DNA from: an uncultured Holophagales bacterium
GTDB taxonomy: Bacteria; Acidobacteriota; Thermoanaerobaculia; Multivoradales; UBA5704
Reading direction: 5' to 3'
Assembly: GCA_963842525.1 (NCBI GenBank)
Contig: CAWJGT010000025.1
Coordinates: 288,001 to 352,000, forward strand
DNA length: 64,000 nt
Position 1 is the first letter of the stretch, and each line of letters opens with the position of its first letter. The notes beneath the pieces were generated by a model. That model did no database searches. It was not told the origin of the DNA and saw only the letters and a list, made by a program, of their open reading frames with translations. The position numbers and the translations under genes are program-made. This document shows positions 9,838 through 18,147 of this stretch, in pieces.

Positions 9838-11778
9838 TTGCGCCGCCTCCTCCGCGATCCCCGCTTCCTGGCACTCGCCCTCCTCTGCCTGCTCCACGTC
9901 GCCTGGCTCGCGGCGTACCTCGTCTATCCGGACCTCAACCTGGACTATCCCTTCCTCGACGGGGATTCCCCCGAGTGGATCTCCAACGGCCTGCGCCTGG
10001 CGGGTGAGGACGTCCATTACACCGGCCGGTCGCCGCTGCTCCCGCTGGCGATCGCCCTGCTCGAGCGCTGCGGCGCGCTGTCCTGGCTGCCGGTACTCCT
10101 CGCGGTCCTGTTCCATGGCACGGTGCTGGCCTTCTACGGCCTGGCAGCGCGCCTCGCTCCGCCGTGGGCGGCGTTCGCGGTCGCGCTCTCGCTGCTGGCC
10201 AGCCACTCCCTCCAGGGGCTCGCGTCGCAGGTCATGGCCGATGTGCCGGCCTCCTGCCTGCTGTTCCTGAGCGCCCGCGCCTTCGTGCTCGCCGGCGAAC
10301 CTGGCGAACCCGGAAGACATTCGTGGCGTTATCTGCTCAGCGGGTTGCTGGCCGGTCTCTCCTACCTCGCCCAGTCGGCGGCTCTTTTCTGGGCGCCAGC
10401 CGCGGTGGTCACGGTCCTTTGGAGCCGCCGGCGGGACCTGCGCTCGCCGTTCTTCTACGCGGGGCTCGCCCTGTTCGCCGGTCTGCCGGTGCTGTGGCAA
10501 TCTGCGCAGCTCGCCTTCGTGGGCACCGAAGGCAATCTGCCGGCCCGCCAGTGGGAGCTCCTGCGGCTCCACGCCGACTCCGTGCCGTTCTATCTCTGGA
10601 GCCTCGTCTCGGTCCTCGGGCTGCCGGCCTGCCTGCTCCTCGTCCCGGCGGTCGTCGGGGCAGTCCGCCGTGCGCTGGCGCGGAGCGCCCCGGACCTCTT
10701 CAGCCTGGCGCTCCTGGCCGGGCTCCTGGGTTTCTTCGTCTTCCTCTACGACTTCAACGCCAAGCGTTTCTTGGCCTATGTCGTCTGGCCGGCTGGCCTG
10801 CTGCTGGCGCAGGCCCTGGCGCGGCTGCCCAGGCGGATCGCTCCCTGGGTGGCCGGGCTGGTGGTGATCGGCTCGGCGCTTCCGCTGCCCGGCACCGGCA
10901 ACGATCCGTTCTGGGTGGGACTGTGGCCCCTGCCCCCCGTCTATGCGCGCGCAGACTTCCAGGCCTCGCCGTCGGGCAGCCCCATCCTCGTCCCCGGCGC
11001 CATCCGGCTCGAAACCCATCCGGTCGCGAGCCTGGGCCGATTCTGCCAGCCCTGCCGGGTGCTGGCGGCGCGCGCCGCCTGGAGACGGCAGCCGCGGGTC
11101 GCACGGCCCGACCCAGCGCTCTATGCGTCCGACCGGTCCGCGCTCTTCCTCTACGAGCGGGAAAGCGACGGCGGGGGGCGCCACCGGACCGCCTCGCGGC
11201 TCTCGAATGCCCTGCGCCGGCGGGTGAAGTTCCTGCCGGCCGACCACTTCGAGGCCTACTGGCCCCTCTTGGAGATCTCTGCCTCCGGGGTGTTCATTCC
11301 GGACTACGCTGTCTATCGCACCCGCCTGCCGGGGCTCGACAAGACCTGGCTGCTGGTCGCACCCTTCGGCAGTCGTCTCCAGGGCCGCCTGGACAGTCTC
11401 GCGGCGTCTCCGGAGACGGGCCGGATTCCGGGCTCTCCAGGGCTTCTCGAAGCGCCCCGCAAGGCGGACGAGATCCTCCGCTTCCTGGTGGACAGCGACG
11501 CCTATCTGGTGATCGTCCCCTTCCGGCAGCGGGCCGACCTGTCGCAGCTCTACCTGCCGTTCCTGGCCGAGAGCACGGAGATGATCTTGAGCGATCAAGG
11601 GAAGGAGAGAGAGCTGCTCGGCCTTGCCACCGCCCTTCCCGTCCTTGCGGAGAGGCGCTTCGGGACCACGCAGGTGAAGAAGATCCGGCTCTTCGGCCGC
11701 GACGCCGGGCTGGTGTCCTATCTGCCGGAGAGTGCGGTCACTCCGCCGACCGATCGAGGACGTCGACCACCGTCTTGA
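9838..11778 (+). CDS. GT-C fold (ArnT/PMT-like) membrane glycosyltransferase-like protein
   Basis: About 10 TM segments, acidic first loop (DYPFLDGDS), R.PLLP, 'QVMADVP' motif, soluble C-domain. Confidence 0.65.
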   Translation: MRRLLRDPRFLALALLCLLHVAWLAAYLVYPDLNLDYPFLDGDSPEWISNGLRLAGEDVHYTGRSPLLPLAIALLERCGALSWLPVLLAVLFHGTVLAFYGLAARLAPPWAAFAVALSLLASHSLQGLASQVMADVPASCLLFLSARAFVLAGEPGEPGRHSWRYLLSGLLAGLSYLAQSAALFWAPAAVVTVLWSRRRDLRSPFFYAGLALFAGLPVLWQSAQLAFVGTEGNLPARQWELLRLHADSVPFYLWSLVSVLGLPACLLLVPAVVGAVRRALARSAPDLFSLALLAGLLGFFVFLYDFNAKRFLAYVVWPAGLLLAQALARLPRRIAPWVAGLVVIGSALPLPGTGNDPFWVGLWPLPPVYARADFQASPSGSPILVPGAIRLETHPVASLGRFCQPCRVLAARAAWRRQPRVARPDPALYASDRSALFLYERESDGGGRHRTASRLSNALRRRVKFLPADHFEAYWPLLEISASGVFIPDYAVYRTRLPGLDKTWLLVAPFGSRLQGRLDSLAASPETGRIPGSPGLLEAPRKADEILRFLVDSDAYLVIVPFRQRADLSQLYLPFLAESTEMILSDQGKERELLGLATALPVLAERRFGTTQVKKIRLFGRDAGLVSYLPESAVTPPTDRGRRPPS

Positions 11779-12229
11779 GCGTGAGGAACAGGGTCCCGCT
11801 CTCCTCTTCGGAAAATTCAGCCGCCTCCGGATCATCCCTCTCTTCAGCCGCCTCCTCCATGGCTTCCAGCACATAGCGAAGCACGTGCGGCTGATTCGAG
11901 GAGACCTCGACCGCCACGCCCTCGAGGGTCTCGTCGTCCGATTCCAGATGCTGCTCGAGAAGGTCCGAATTCGCCTCGAGCTGCTCCTCGAGCATCTCAC
12001 CCGAGACCTGGCGGACCGTGCCGGCCTTTTCGAACATCCGGTGCACGACGAACAGGAGGTAGATCGCCATCTCCTGGGCTTCTTCGGAGAGGTCCTCCAC
12101 CATCCCGGCGGCGAATGCGAGGAGATACGGTTGCTGCTTGCCGAAGCGCGTCATCTCCTTGCGGGCCCGCGATTCGGAGTACTGCGCGACTTCCTGCCAG
12201 GTCTCGGTGACCAGCTCTTCGGACAGCAT
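11738..12229 (-). CDS. Hypothetical acidic protein
   Basis: GGAG RBS before ATG; QP.LL repeat; typical codon usage; last gene of EVE-CPXCG run. Confidence 0.7.
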   Translation of the reverse strand: MLSEELVTETWQEVAQYSESRARKEMTRFGKQQPYLLAFAAGMVEDLSEEAQEMAIYLLFVVHRMFEKAGTVRQVSGEMLEEQLEANSDLLEQHLESDDETLEGVAVEVSSNQPHVLRYVLEAMEEAAEERDDPEAAEFSEEESGTLFLTLKTVVDVLDRSAE

Positions 12230-12251
12230 TCGGATCTCCTCTTGAAACGGC

Positions 12252-12452
12252 CTACCCGGCCCGCTCGATCCGCACGTCCGGATCGCCATACGAGTCGCGG
12301 GTGACGGTGACCTCCCACGGGTTGCAGCAGACCTCGCAGTCCTGGACGAAATTGCCCCAGACATCGGGCTCGATCGAGATCTCGACCCGTTCGCCGCACC
12401 AGGGGCACTGCACCTCGATCGCGTCGTTCCAGTAGCCGTCGCCGCTCATCAT
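12252..12452 (-). CDS. CPXCG motif cysteine-rich protein
   Basis: CPWCGE ... VQDCEVCCNP. Confidence 0.88.
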   Translation of the reverse strand: MMSGDGYWNDAIEVQCPWCGERVEISIEPDVWGNFVQDCEVCCNPWEVTVTRDSYGDPDVRIERAG

Positions 12453-12925
12453 CCGCCCTTCCGCCCGAGCCGCCGCACGATCTCATGCTCCTGCTTCGTC
12501 ACCGGCTGGACCGAGAGGCGCGAACCCTTCTGGGTCACCACCATCTTCTCCAGGCCGGGCGTCTCCTTGAGGGTCGAGAGCGGCACGATCCCGGGGAACT
12601 TCTCGACGAAGCGGATCTCGACTGTAACCCAGGTCGGATTGGCTGGATCGCTCTTGGGATCGTAGTACACGTGGCCCTTTTGGAAGGCGAAGGGGTCGGG
12701 GTAGGCTTCCCGCGACACCTCGGCGAGGCCGGTCACCCCCGAAGGCTCGGCGTTCGAGGCATAGAAGAGCACGCCGTCGCCCTTCTTCATGTCGTCGCGC
12801 AGGAAGTTGCGCGCCTGGAAGTTGCGCACCCCCTCCCACGTCGTTGAGCCGTCGCGCTCCAGATCCTCGATCGTGTAGGCCTCCGGCTCGCACTTCATCA
12901 GCCAATACCGCTTGGCTCGCGCCAT
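12449..12925 (-). CDS. EVE domain protein
   Basis: YWLMKCEP, WEGVRNFQARN, YYDPKS, RLSVQPV. Confidence 0.92.
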   Translation of the reverse strand: MARAKRYWLMKCEPEAYTIEDLERDGSTTWEGVRNFQARNFLRDDMKKGDGVLFYASNAEPSGVTGLAEVSREAYPDPFAFQKGHVYYDPKSDPANPTWVTVEIRFVEKFPGIVPLSTLKETPGLEKMVVTQKGSRLSVQPVTKQEHEIVRRLGRKGG

Positions 12926-13063
12926 CCCGTCCTCCCGGAATCCGTCCACGGACCGGTCCGCAGACCCGCGCATGATATCGCGCCCGGAGATGACCGGGGC
13001 TGCTGGGGATGCTGCAGGGAGCTGAAGGGTAGAATCCGGTTGATTCTGCCAGCCAAGCTTCCC

Positions 13064-14191
13064 ATGCCCAAGCCCGATCCCACTCCGCCACTGCCCTGGC
13101 AGCCCCGCTACACCCTCTCCCCAGCCATCATGCGTGCGCTGCTGGAGGTCGAGGCTGCCCGTGCGGTGATCGAGCACACGCCGATTCCGCCGGCAGCCCG
13201 GGAAGAGCTGCGCCGCCGAGCCCGGCTGCGCTCCACCCACTACTCGACCCGCATCGAGGGCAACCGGCTCACCCTGGCTGAAGCCGAGGAGGTCATTGAA
13301 GGCCGGCGAGCCCGGTTTCTCGGCCGAGAGCGGGATGTGGGCGAGGTGAAGAACTACTGGACCGCCCTCTTGCGAGTGGAAGAATGGGCGGCCCGGAGAA
13401 TACCGCTCAGCGAAGAGCTGATCCAGCGCCTCCACGGGCTCGTCGAGCGCGGAACGCGGGCCAGACCGAGCCGCTATCGGGATGGGCAGAACTCGATCAG
13501 GGATGAGACCGGTGCGCTCGTCTACCTGCCGCCGGAGGCTCGGGACGTGCCGGGCCTGATGGCCGGCTTGGAGGATTGGGTGAGGCGGGCCGGGGAGGAG
13601 GATCTGCCCGTCCCGATCCTGGCGGGCCTGGCTCATTACCAGCTCGTCACTATTCATCCCTACTACGACGGCAATGGACGGACTGCCCGACTGCTGGCTA
13701 CCTTCCTCCTGCACCGGGGAGGCTACGGCCTCCAGGGCTTCTTCTCTCTGGAGGAGCACCATGCCCGGGACCTCGCCGCCTACTATCGGTCTCTCGCGAC
13801 CCATCCTCACCACAATTACTATGAGGGACGCGCCTCCGCGGACCTGACTCCCTGGCTACAATACTTCCTTCAGACCCTTGCGGGAGTCTTCACAAACGCG
13901 AGAGAGGAAGCCTTGCGGGCCGCCGAGAAAGGAAAGGCCGTCGAGCCCGAGGCGTTGCGCCGCCTCGATGCACGGGCCCGGGTGGTGCTCGGGCTGTTCG
14001 GGCGTTCCGAGCGGATCACGAGCCGCGACGTCGCAGCGGCTCTGGGGCTCTCAGACCGCATGGCTCGGGAGCTTCTGCGAGACTGGGTTGGCGAAGGCTG
14101 GCTCGAAATGGCCGAGCCCTCGCGGCGGGGGCGCGCCTACGCGTTATCGGCGGTTTATCGGCAATTCATCGGCAATTTAACGGCAGAGTAG
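13064..14191 (+). CDS. Fic family protein with C-terminal winged HTH
   Basis: HPYYDGNGRTAR Fic motif; STRIEGN inhibitory motif; C-terminal ITSRDVAAALGLS helix-turn-helix. Confidence 0.92.
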   Translation: MPKPDPTPPLPWQPRYTLSPAIMRALLEVEAARAVIEHTPIPPAAREELRRRARLRSTHYSTRIEGNRLTLAEAEEVIEGRRARFLGRERDVGEVKNYWTALLRVEEWAARRIPLSEELIQRLHGLVERGTRARPSRYRDGQNSIRDETGALVYLPPEARDVPGLMAGLEDWVRRAGEEDLPVPILAGLAHYQLVTIHPYYDGNGRTARLLATFLLHRGGYGLQGFFSLEEHHARDLAAYYRSLATHPHHNYYEGRASADLTPWLQYFLQTLAGVFTNAREEALRAAEKGKAVEPEALRRLDARARVVLGLFGRSERITSRDVAAALGLSDRMARELLRDWVGEGWLEMAEPSRRGRAYALSAVYRQFIGNLTAE

Positions 14192-14236
14192 AGGCACGCC
14201 ACATCGGGAGCGGCGGGCATAGATGGCAGGGGAGGT

Positions 14237-15307
14237 TTAGCGCGAACCTTCCGGAGCTTGCATCTGGAGGTAGAACCCCGCGGCGGCGAGCCGGTCGAGG
14301 AGCGGCCGGGCGCCAAGGGCTTCCCAGGCGGTGAGAAAGCCGCGGGCTGCGATCCTGCCCTCCCGGAGGTCCCGGGCCACGAAGGCGGCCGGCAGGGCGG
14401 CCATGCGCTGGCCCTCCTGTGGGCCGCCGAGCGATGCGGTGGCGCGCCGGCCGTCGCCGTCCCAGAGCTCGACCTGCACGCACCCGCCGGAATGGCCGAA
14501 GTGGGAGAAGAGGCCGGCGGCCCGGCCTAGGACGGAGGCCGCCCGGGATCCCAGGTCCGGCCCGAGATACGACAGCGCCACGAAGGAGGTCGTGGCCAGC
14601 CGCGATTCGAACCCCACCTTCACCCGTACCTCGCGAGCGCCGAGGAGATCCGGGAAGAGATCGTATTCCGGGCTGTCGAGGTTGAGCACGGCCCGGCGTC
14701 CGAACGGAGGCGGCAGGCTCACGACCTCCCGGCCACGGAGCCCGATGAGCGTCCCCTGGGGAGCCCGGAACCGCCGGCCAAGCTGCGACGAGGCCGAGGC
14801 CACGGCTGCCTGCCCCTTCGGGTTGGCGTTGCCGATGAACAGGGTGACCCGTGCCCGCTCGACCCGGGGCAGGCCCTCGGCCGCGACGAGCGCCAGGGCG
14901 CCGGAGATTCCAGGCAAAGACGAGCAGCCGCAGGCCGCAGCGAGGCCCCGCGTCCGGAAGCGCTTTCCCAGACCCTGCAGCCGCGCCAGCCAGGCGCGGT
15001 CATCCGCGATGTCGACGTAGTGGACGCCTGCGGCGAGGCAGGCTTCCGGCAGAGCGAGCCCCATCCGGTCCGCACGGAAGGGACCAATGCAGGAAACTGC
15101 GACCTGCGCTCCGGCGAGCGCCGCCGCGCACGAGGCCGGATCGGAAGCGTCGGCCGCGATCCCCTCGTGCCCTGGACCCAGATCAGATGCGAATCGGGCC
15201 GCCCGTCCCGCATCCCGGCCGGCGATCCGCAGCCGCAGCCCATCCGCCGCGAGGGCCCGCGCCACGAGGGAACCGAAGGTGCCATAGCCGCCGAAGACGA
15301 CGATCAC
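14237..15307 (-). CDS. Saccharopine dehydrogenase-like oxidoreductase
   Basis: VFGGYGTFG Rossmann motif, IAGRD, GPF, HYVDIAD, SSLPGIS; GTG overlaps upstream stop. Confidence 0.85.
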   Translation of the reverse strand: MIVVFGGYGTFGSLVARALAADGLRLRIAGRDAGRAARFASDLGPGHEGIAADASDPASCAAALAGAQVAVSCIGPFRADRMGLALPEACLAAGVHYVDIADDRAWLARLQGLGKRFRTRGLAAACGCSSLPGISGALALVAAEGLPRVERARVTLFIGNANPKGQAAVASASSQLGRRFRAPQGTLIGLRGREVVSLPPPFGRRAVLNLDSPEYDLFPDLLGAREVRVKVGFESRLATTSFVALSYLGPDLGSRAASVLGRAAGLFSHFGHSGGCVQVELWDGDGRRATASLGGPQEGQRMAALPAAFVARDLREGRIAARGFLTAWEALGARPLLDRLAAAGFYLQMQAPEGSR

Positions 15308-15945
15308 GACCGCAGGTCCCGCGCCACGAGCACGGTCCACAGGCTGTACAAGACGATGGTCGGCCCGGTGGCCGCCGCCAGCAGCCACGGGGACGGCAGC
15401 AGGCCCGCCACGGCCATGGCGTATCCGGCGATCACCGTTCCGAAACCGGCCCAGCGTGCCGCAGCACCGATCTGGCTCCGGAGACGTAAGGTCATCAGAA
15501 GGATGCCGGTCGTGTAGAGGCCGTTTGCGACTGTGGCACCGCCGGTAAAGGCCAGACCCTCCAGGTAGCGGAAGACGCCGATCTCGGGCGAGCCGGCGGC
15601 CCGTGGCAGGTAGACGATCTGGACCAGATCGCACAGCAGGTCCACGGGCATCCCGGTCGCGGTGAGGAGGACGGCCAGCGAGGCGGTGACGGAGCGGCCG
15701 GGGATCTGCGTCCGCAGCACGACCATGTAGGCGACCAGCAGGAGCGAGCAGACGATCCAGGTCGCCCAGCCCCACGTCCAGCCCGCCGGACGGCCGGCGA
15801 GGTACGCCATGCGCTCGGCAAGCGGCACGAGCGCGCTGCCCGGCCGCATGCCGATCCAGGCGAGAACCAGACCGGCAGCGTGCAGAACGACGTTGGCCCA
15901 GGCGAGGACCCATAAAGCGCGGACGGTTACGGTACGCGGCGACAC
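15304..15945 (-). CDS. Integral membrane protein
   Basis: About 6 hydrophobic helices; translationally coupled to the downstream dehydrogenase. Confidence 0.7.
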   Translation of the reverse strand: MSPRTVTVRALWVLAWANVVLHAAGLVLAWIGMRPGSALVPLAERMAYLAGRPAGWTWGWATWIVCSLLLVAYMVVLRTQIPGRSVTASLAVLLTATGMPVDLLCDLVQIVYLPRAAGSPEIGVFRYLEGLAFTGGATVANGLYTTGILLMTLRLRSQIGAAARWAGFGTVIAGYAMAVAGLLPSPWLLAAATGPTIVLYSLWTVLVARDLRS

Positions 15946-16028
15946 GGTGACGCGAGTCTATGACACTTCAGCCTACCAGGGAATGCATCTCCAATTCCCT
16001 GGATCGATCCAGAGTGACGTGGAACCGA

Positions 16029-16336
16029 TTCCAAAAAATCTGTAGCGATTCCGGAAAACGTGGAACCGGTTCCAAATTTTCTGGATCGCTTCCAAAAAAT
16101 CTGTAGCGATTCCGGAAAACATGGAACCGGTTCCAAATTTTCTGGACGCGTTCCAGATTTCCTGGATCACTTCCAAAAAATCTGTACCGGTTCCGGGAAA
16201 CGTGGAACCGGTCCCAAATTTTCTGGACGCCTTCCAAATTTCCTGAATCGATTCAGCGTGACCCGGAATCGATTCCAAAAAATCTGTAGCGGTTCCAAAT
16301 TTTCTGGACGCGTTCCAGATTTCCTGGAGCGCTTCC
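16029..16336. repeat. Tandem array of about 15 degenerate 20-21-bp units
   Basis: Units start TTCC, e.g. TTCCAAAAAATCTGTAGCGA, TTCCGGAAAACGTGGAACCGG, TTCCAAATTTTCTGGACGCG, TTCCAGATTTCCTGGATCAC; AT-rich relative to flanks. Confidence 0.9.
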
Positions 16337-16387
16337 ACGCGGCTCGAAGGCCTCTCCGGCCGGGGGGTGAAGGTATCATCCCCCACC

Positions 16388-17194
16388 ATGTACGGCCTCC
16401 CCATCTTCCAGAACGATAGAGAAACATCGCACCTGGCGCTGCGCTTCGACGAGCCGGCTGGAGGCGAAGCCGCCCCGTTCTGCTTCCTCTATCTTCACGG
16501 ATTCGGCTCGGAGCAGACCGGCGAGAAGGCGGATTTCTTCCGACGGCAGGCCCTGGAGGCCGGTTTTCCCTTCTGCTCCTTCGACTTCCAGGGACACGGT
16601 CAATCCGGCGGATCGCTCTCCGATCTTACCCTGACGCGGAACCTCGAGGACATCGCCCGCGCGCAGGGCTGGCTGCGCGAGCACGGCCACGAGCGGCTCG
16701 TCCTCCTCGGCTCGTCGATGGGCGGCGGCTCGGCCCTCTGGTACACGGCTCTCCATCCCGATCTGGTCGTGGCCGGCCTGCACATCGCGCCGGCTCTGGA
16801 GCTCGACCTCTCGCTCCTCGCCTGGGCCGGCCCGGAGCGGGCCCAGGAGTGGGAGGCGACCGGCTCCATCGACTTCCAGAACGACCTGGTCTCCTGCCAG
16901 CTCGGCTGGTGCCTGATCGAGGACCTCCGCCGCCATCCCCATCGGGACCTCCTCACCCTCTACCGCACCCCCACCCTCCTACTTCAGGGCAAGCGGGACA
17001 CCTCGGTTTCCTGGAAAACCGTGGCCGATTTTGCCACCTCCTGCGCCTATGAAGGGATCGACCTCCACCTCTTCGCAGATGGCGACCACCGCCTCACCGA
17101 CCGCAAGGAGCGGCTGTGGGGCCTGATGTTGGAATTTTTGCGAGGAAGAGGTCTGGTGGAAGGGAGAGGGGGTGAGGGCCCCCTCTCCTGGTAA
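16388..17194 (+). CDS. Alpha/beta hydrolase
   Basis: YLHGF, FDFQGHGQS, GSSMGG nucleophile elbow, QGKRD, GDH. Confidence 0.9.
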   Translation: MYGLPIFQNDRETSHLALRFDEPAGGEAAPFCFLYLHGFGSEQTGEKADFFRRQALEAGFPFCSFDFQGHGQSGGSLSDLTLTRNLEDIARAQGWLREHGHERLVLLGSSMGGGSALWYTALHPDLVVAGLHIAPALELDLSLLAWAGPERAQEWEATGSIDFQNDLVSCQLGWCLIEDLRRHPHRDLLTLYRTPTLLLQGKRDTSVSWKTVADFATSCAYEGIDLHLFADGDHRLTDRKERLWGLMLEFLRGRGLVEGRGGEGPLSW

Positions 17195-17200
17195 GGGCTT

Positions 17201-18025
17201 CTAGCCGCCGGCGGCCGCCGGCGCCGCGCCGGCCGGGTACGCGACGTTCACCGTCGCGGTGCCGTTGGGCTCGACCGTGACCTGCTGGGTCTGCGGGCCC
17301 AACGTCTCGTGCCACATCTCGATGGTGTAGGTGCCCGGCGGGAGGTTGCCGATCTCGAACGTCCCGTCCTCGCCGCTCACCGCGTAGTAGGGGTGATCGA
17401 CCACGCCCACGTAGGAGCTCATCCAGGGGTGGACGTCGCACTTGAAGTGGACCATCACCTCGGTCTTGTCGAACTTCCGTTCGAATACCGCGTTCTGGAA
17501 CGGCTGCGCCGTGTTGAACTCCTGGTTCGTCTTGGGCAGGGCGTGGATGTTGTGCAGCGTCGCGTCGCTGTTCTTGATCTTCAACGTCTGGCCCACCTGG
17601 AGGCCGAAGACGTGCGGGTGATACTGGCAGCCCTGCTGATCCAGGGTCTTCGCTTCGGTGGGCGCCGGGAAGGTCTTCCCTTCGAGGCCGCTCTTCACGT
17701 AGACGAAGACACTTGCCAGCTTGCCGTCTTTGGTCTCGACAGTCTGGGTGGTGACGGGCGTCTGGTGCAGACTGCCGCAGACCGGGTCGGCGGAGGCCAT
17801 CTGGATCGGGGTATCTGGGTCGGTGCCGGTGTAGGTGATGGTGCCGGTGATCTTGCCGGCATTCGCCACGTCGGCGGCCGGCGCGGTCGCGGAGGGGCCT
17901 TCCGTGGAAGCCTCGGGGACGGCGCCGCCGTCGCCCGACTCTTCGCCTTCCTTCCCGCCGCACGCCACGAGCACGGCCAGGGCGCAGACGAGGGCGAGGA
18001 GCAACCACAGCTTATTCCTGCTCAT
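17201..18025 (-). CDS. Lipoprotein with cupredoxin-like and carboxypeptidase-regulatory-like domains
   Basis: Lipobox LVAC; NSD..LHNIH and CDVHPWM (possible type-1 Cu ligands); G.F.I.NLPPGTY..WHE C-domain. Confidence 0.75.
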   Translation of the reverse strand: MSRNKLWLLLALVCALAVLVACGGKEGEESGDGGAVPEASTEGPSATAPAADVANAGKITGTITYTGTDPDTPIQMASADPVCGSLHQTPVTTQTVETKDGKLASVFVYVKSGLEGKTFPAPTEAKTLDQQGCQYHPHVFGLQVGQTLKIKNSDATLHNIHALPKTNQEFNTAQPFQNAVFERKFDKTEVMVHFKCDVHPWMSSYVGVVDHPYYAVSGEDGTFEIGNLPPGTYTIEMWHETLGPQTQQVTVEPNGTATVNVAYPAGAAPAAAGG

Positions 18026-18147
18026 GCCAATACCTCCTTCGAAAATGCACGCACGTTGAATTAGAATGGCGAACTTCGTCGGTCCGTCGGAGGACCGGCC
18101 GGCGCATTATTCCACACCGTACTACACACCAGCTCCCAGGTGCCCTC

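Noticed and set aside
12449-13813. 454-aa extended EVE protein
   Set aside because: The extension is antisense to the Fic gene; the EVE start at 12925 has a GGAGG RBS
16029-16336. CRISPR array or repeat-protein ORFs (15968-16427)
   Set aside because: No unique spacers and no cas genes; mixed 20/21-bp units shift frame, and ORFs appear on both strands only as translations of the repeat
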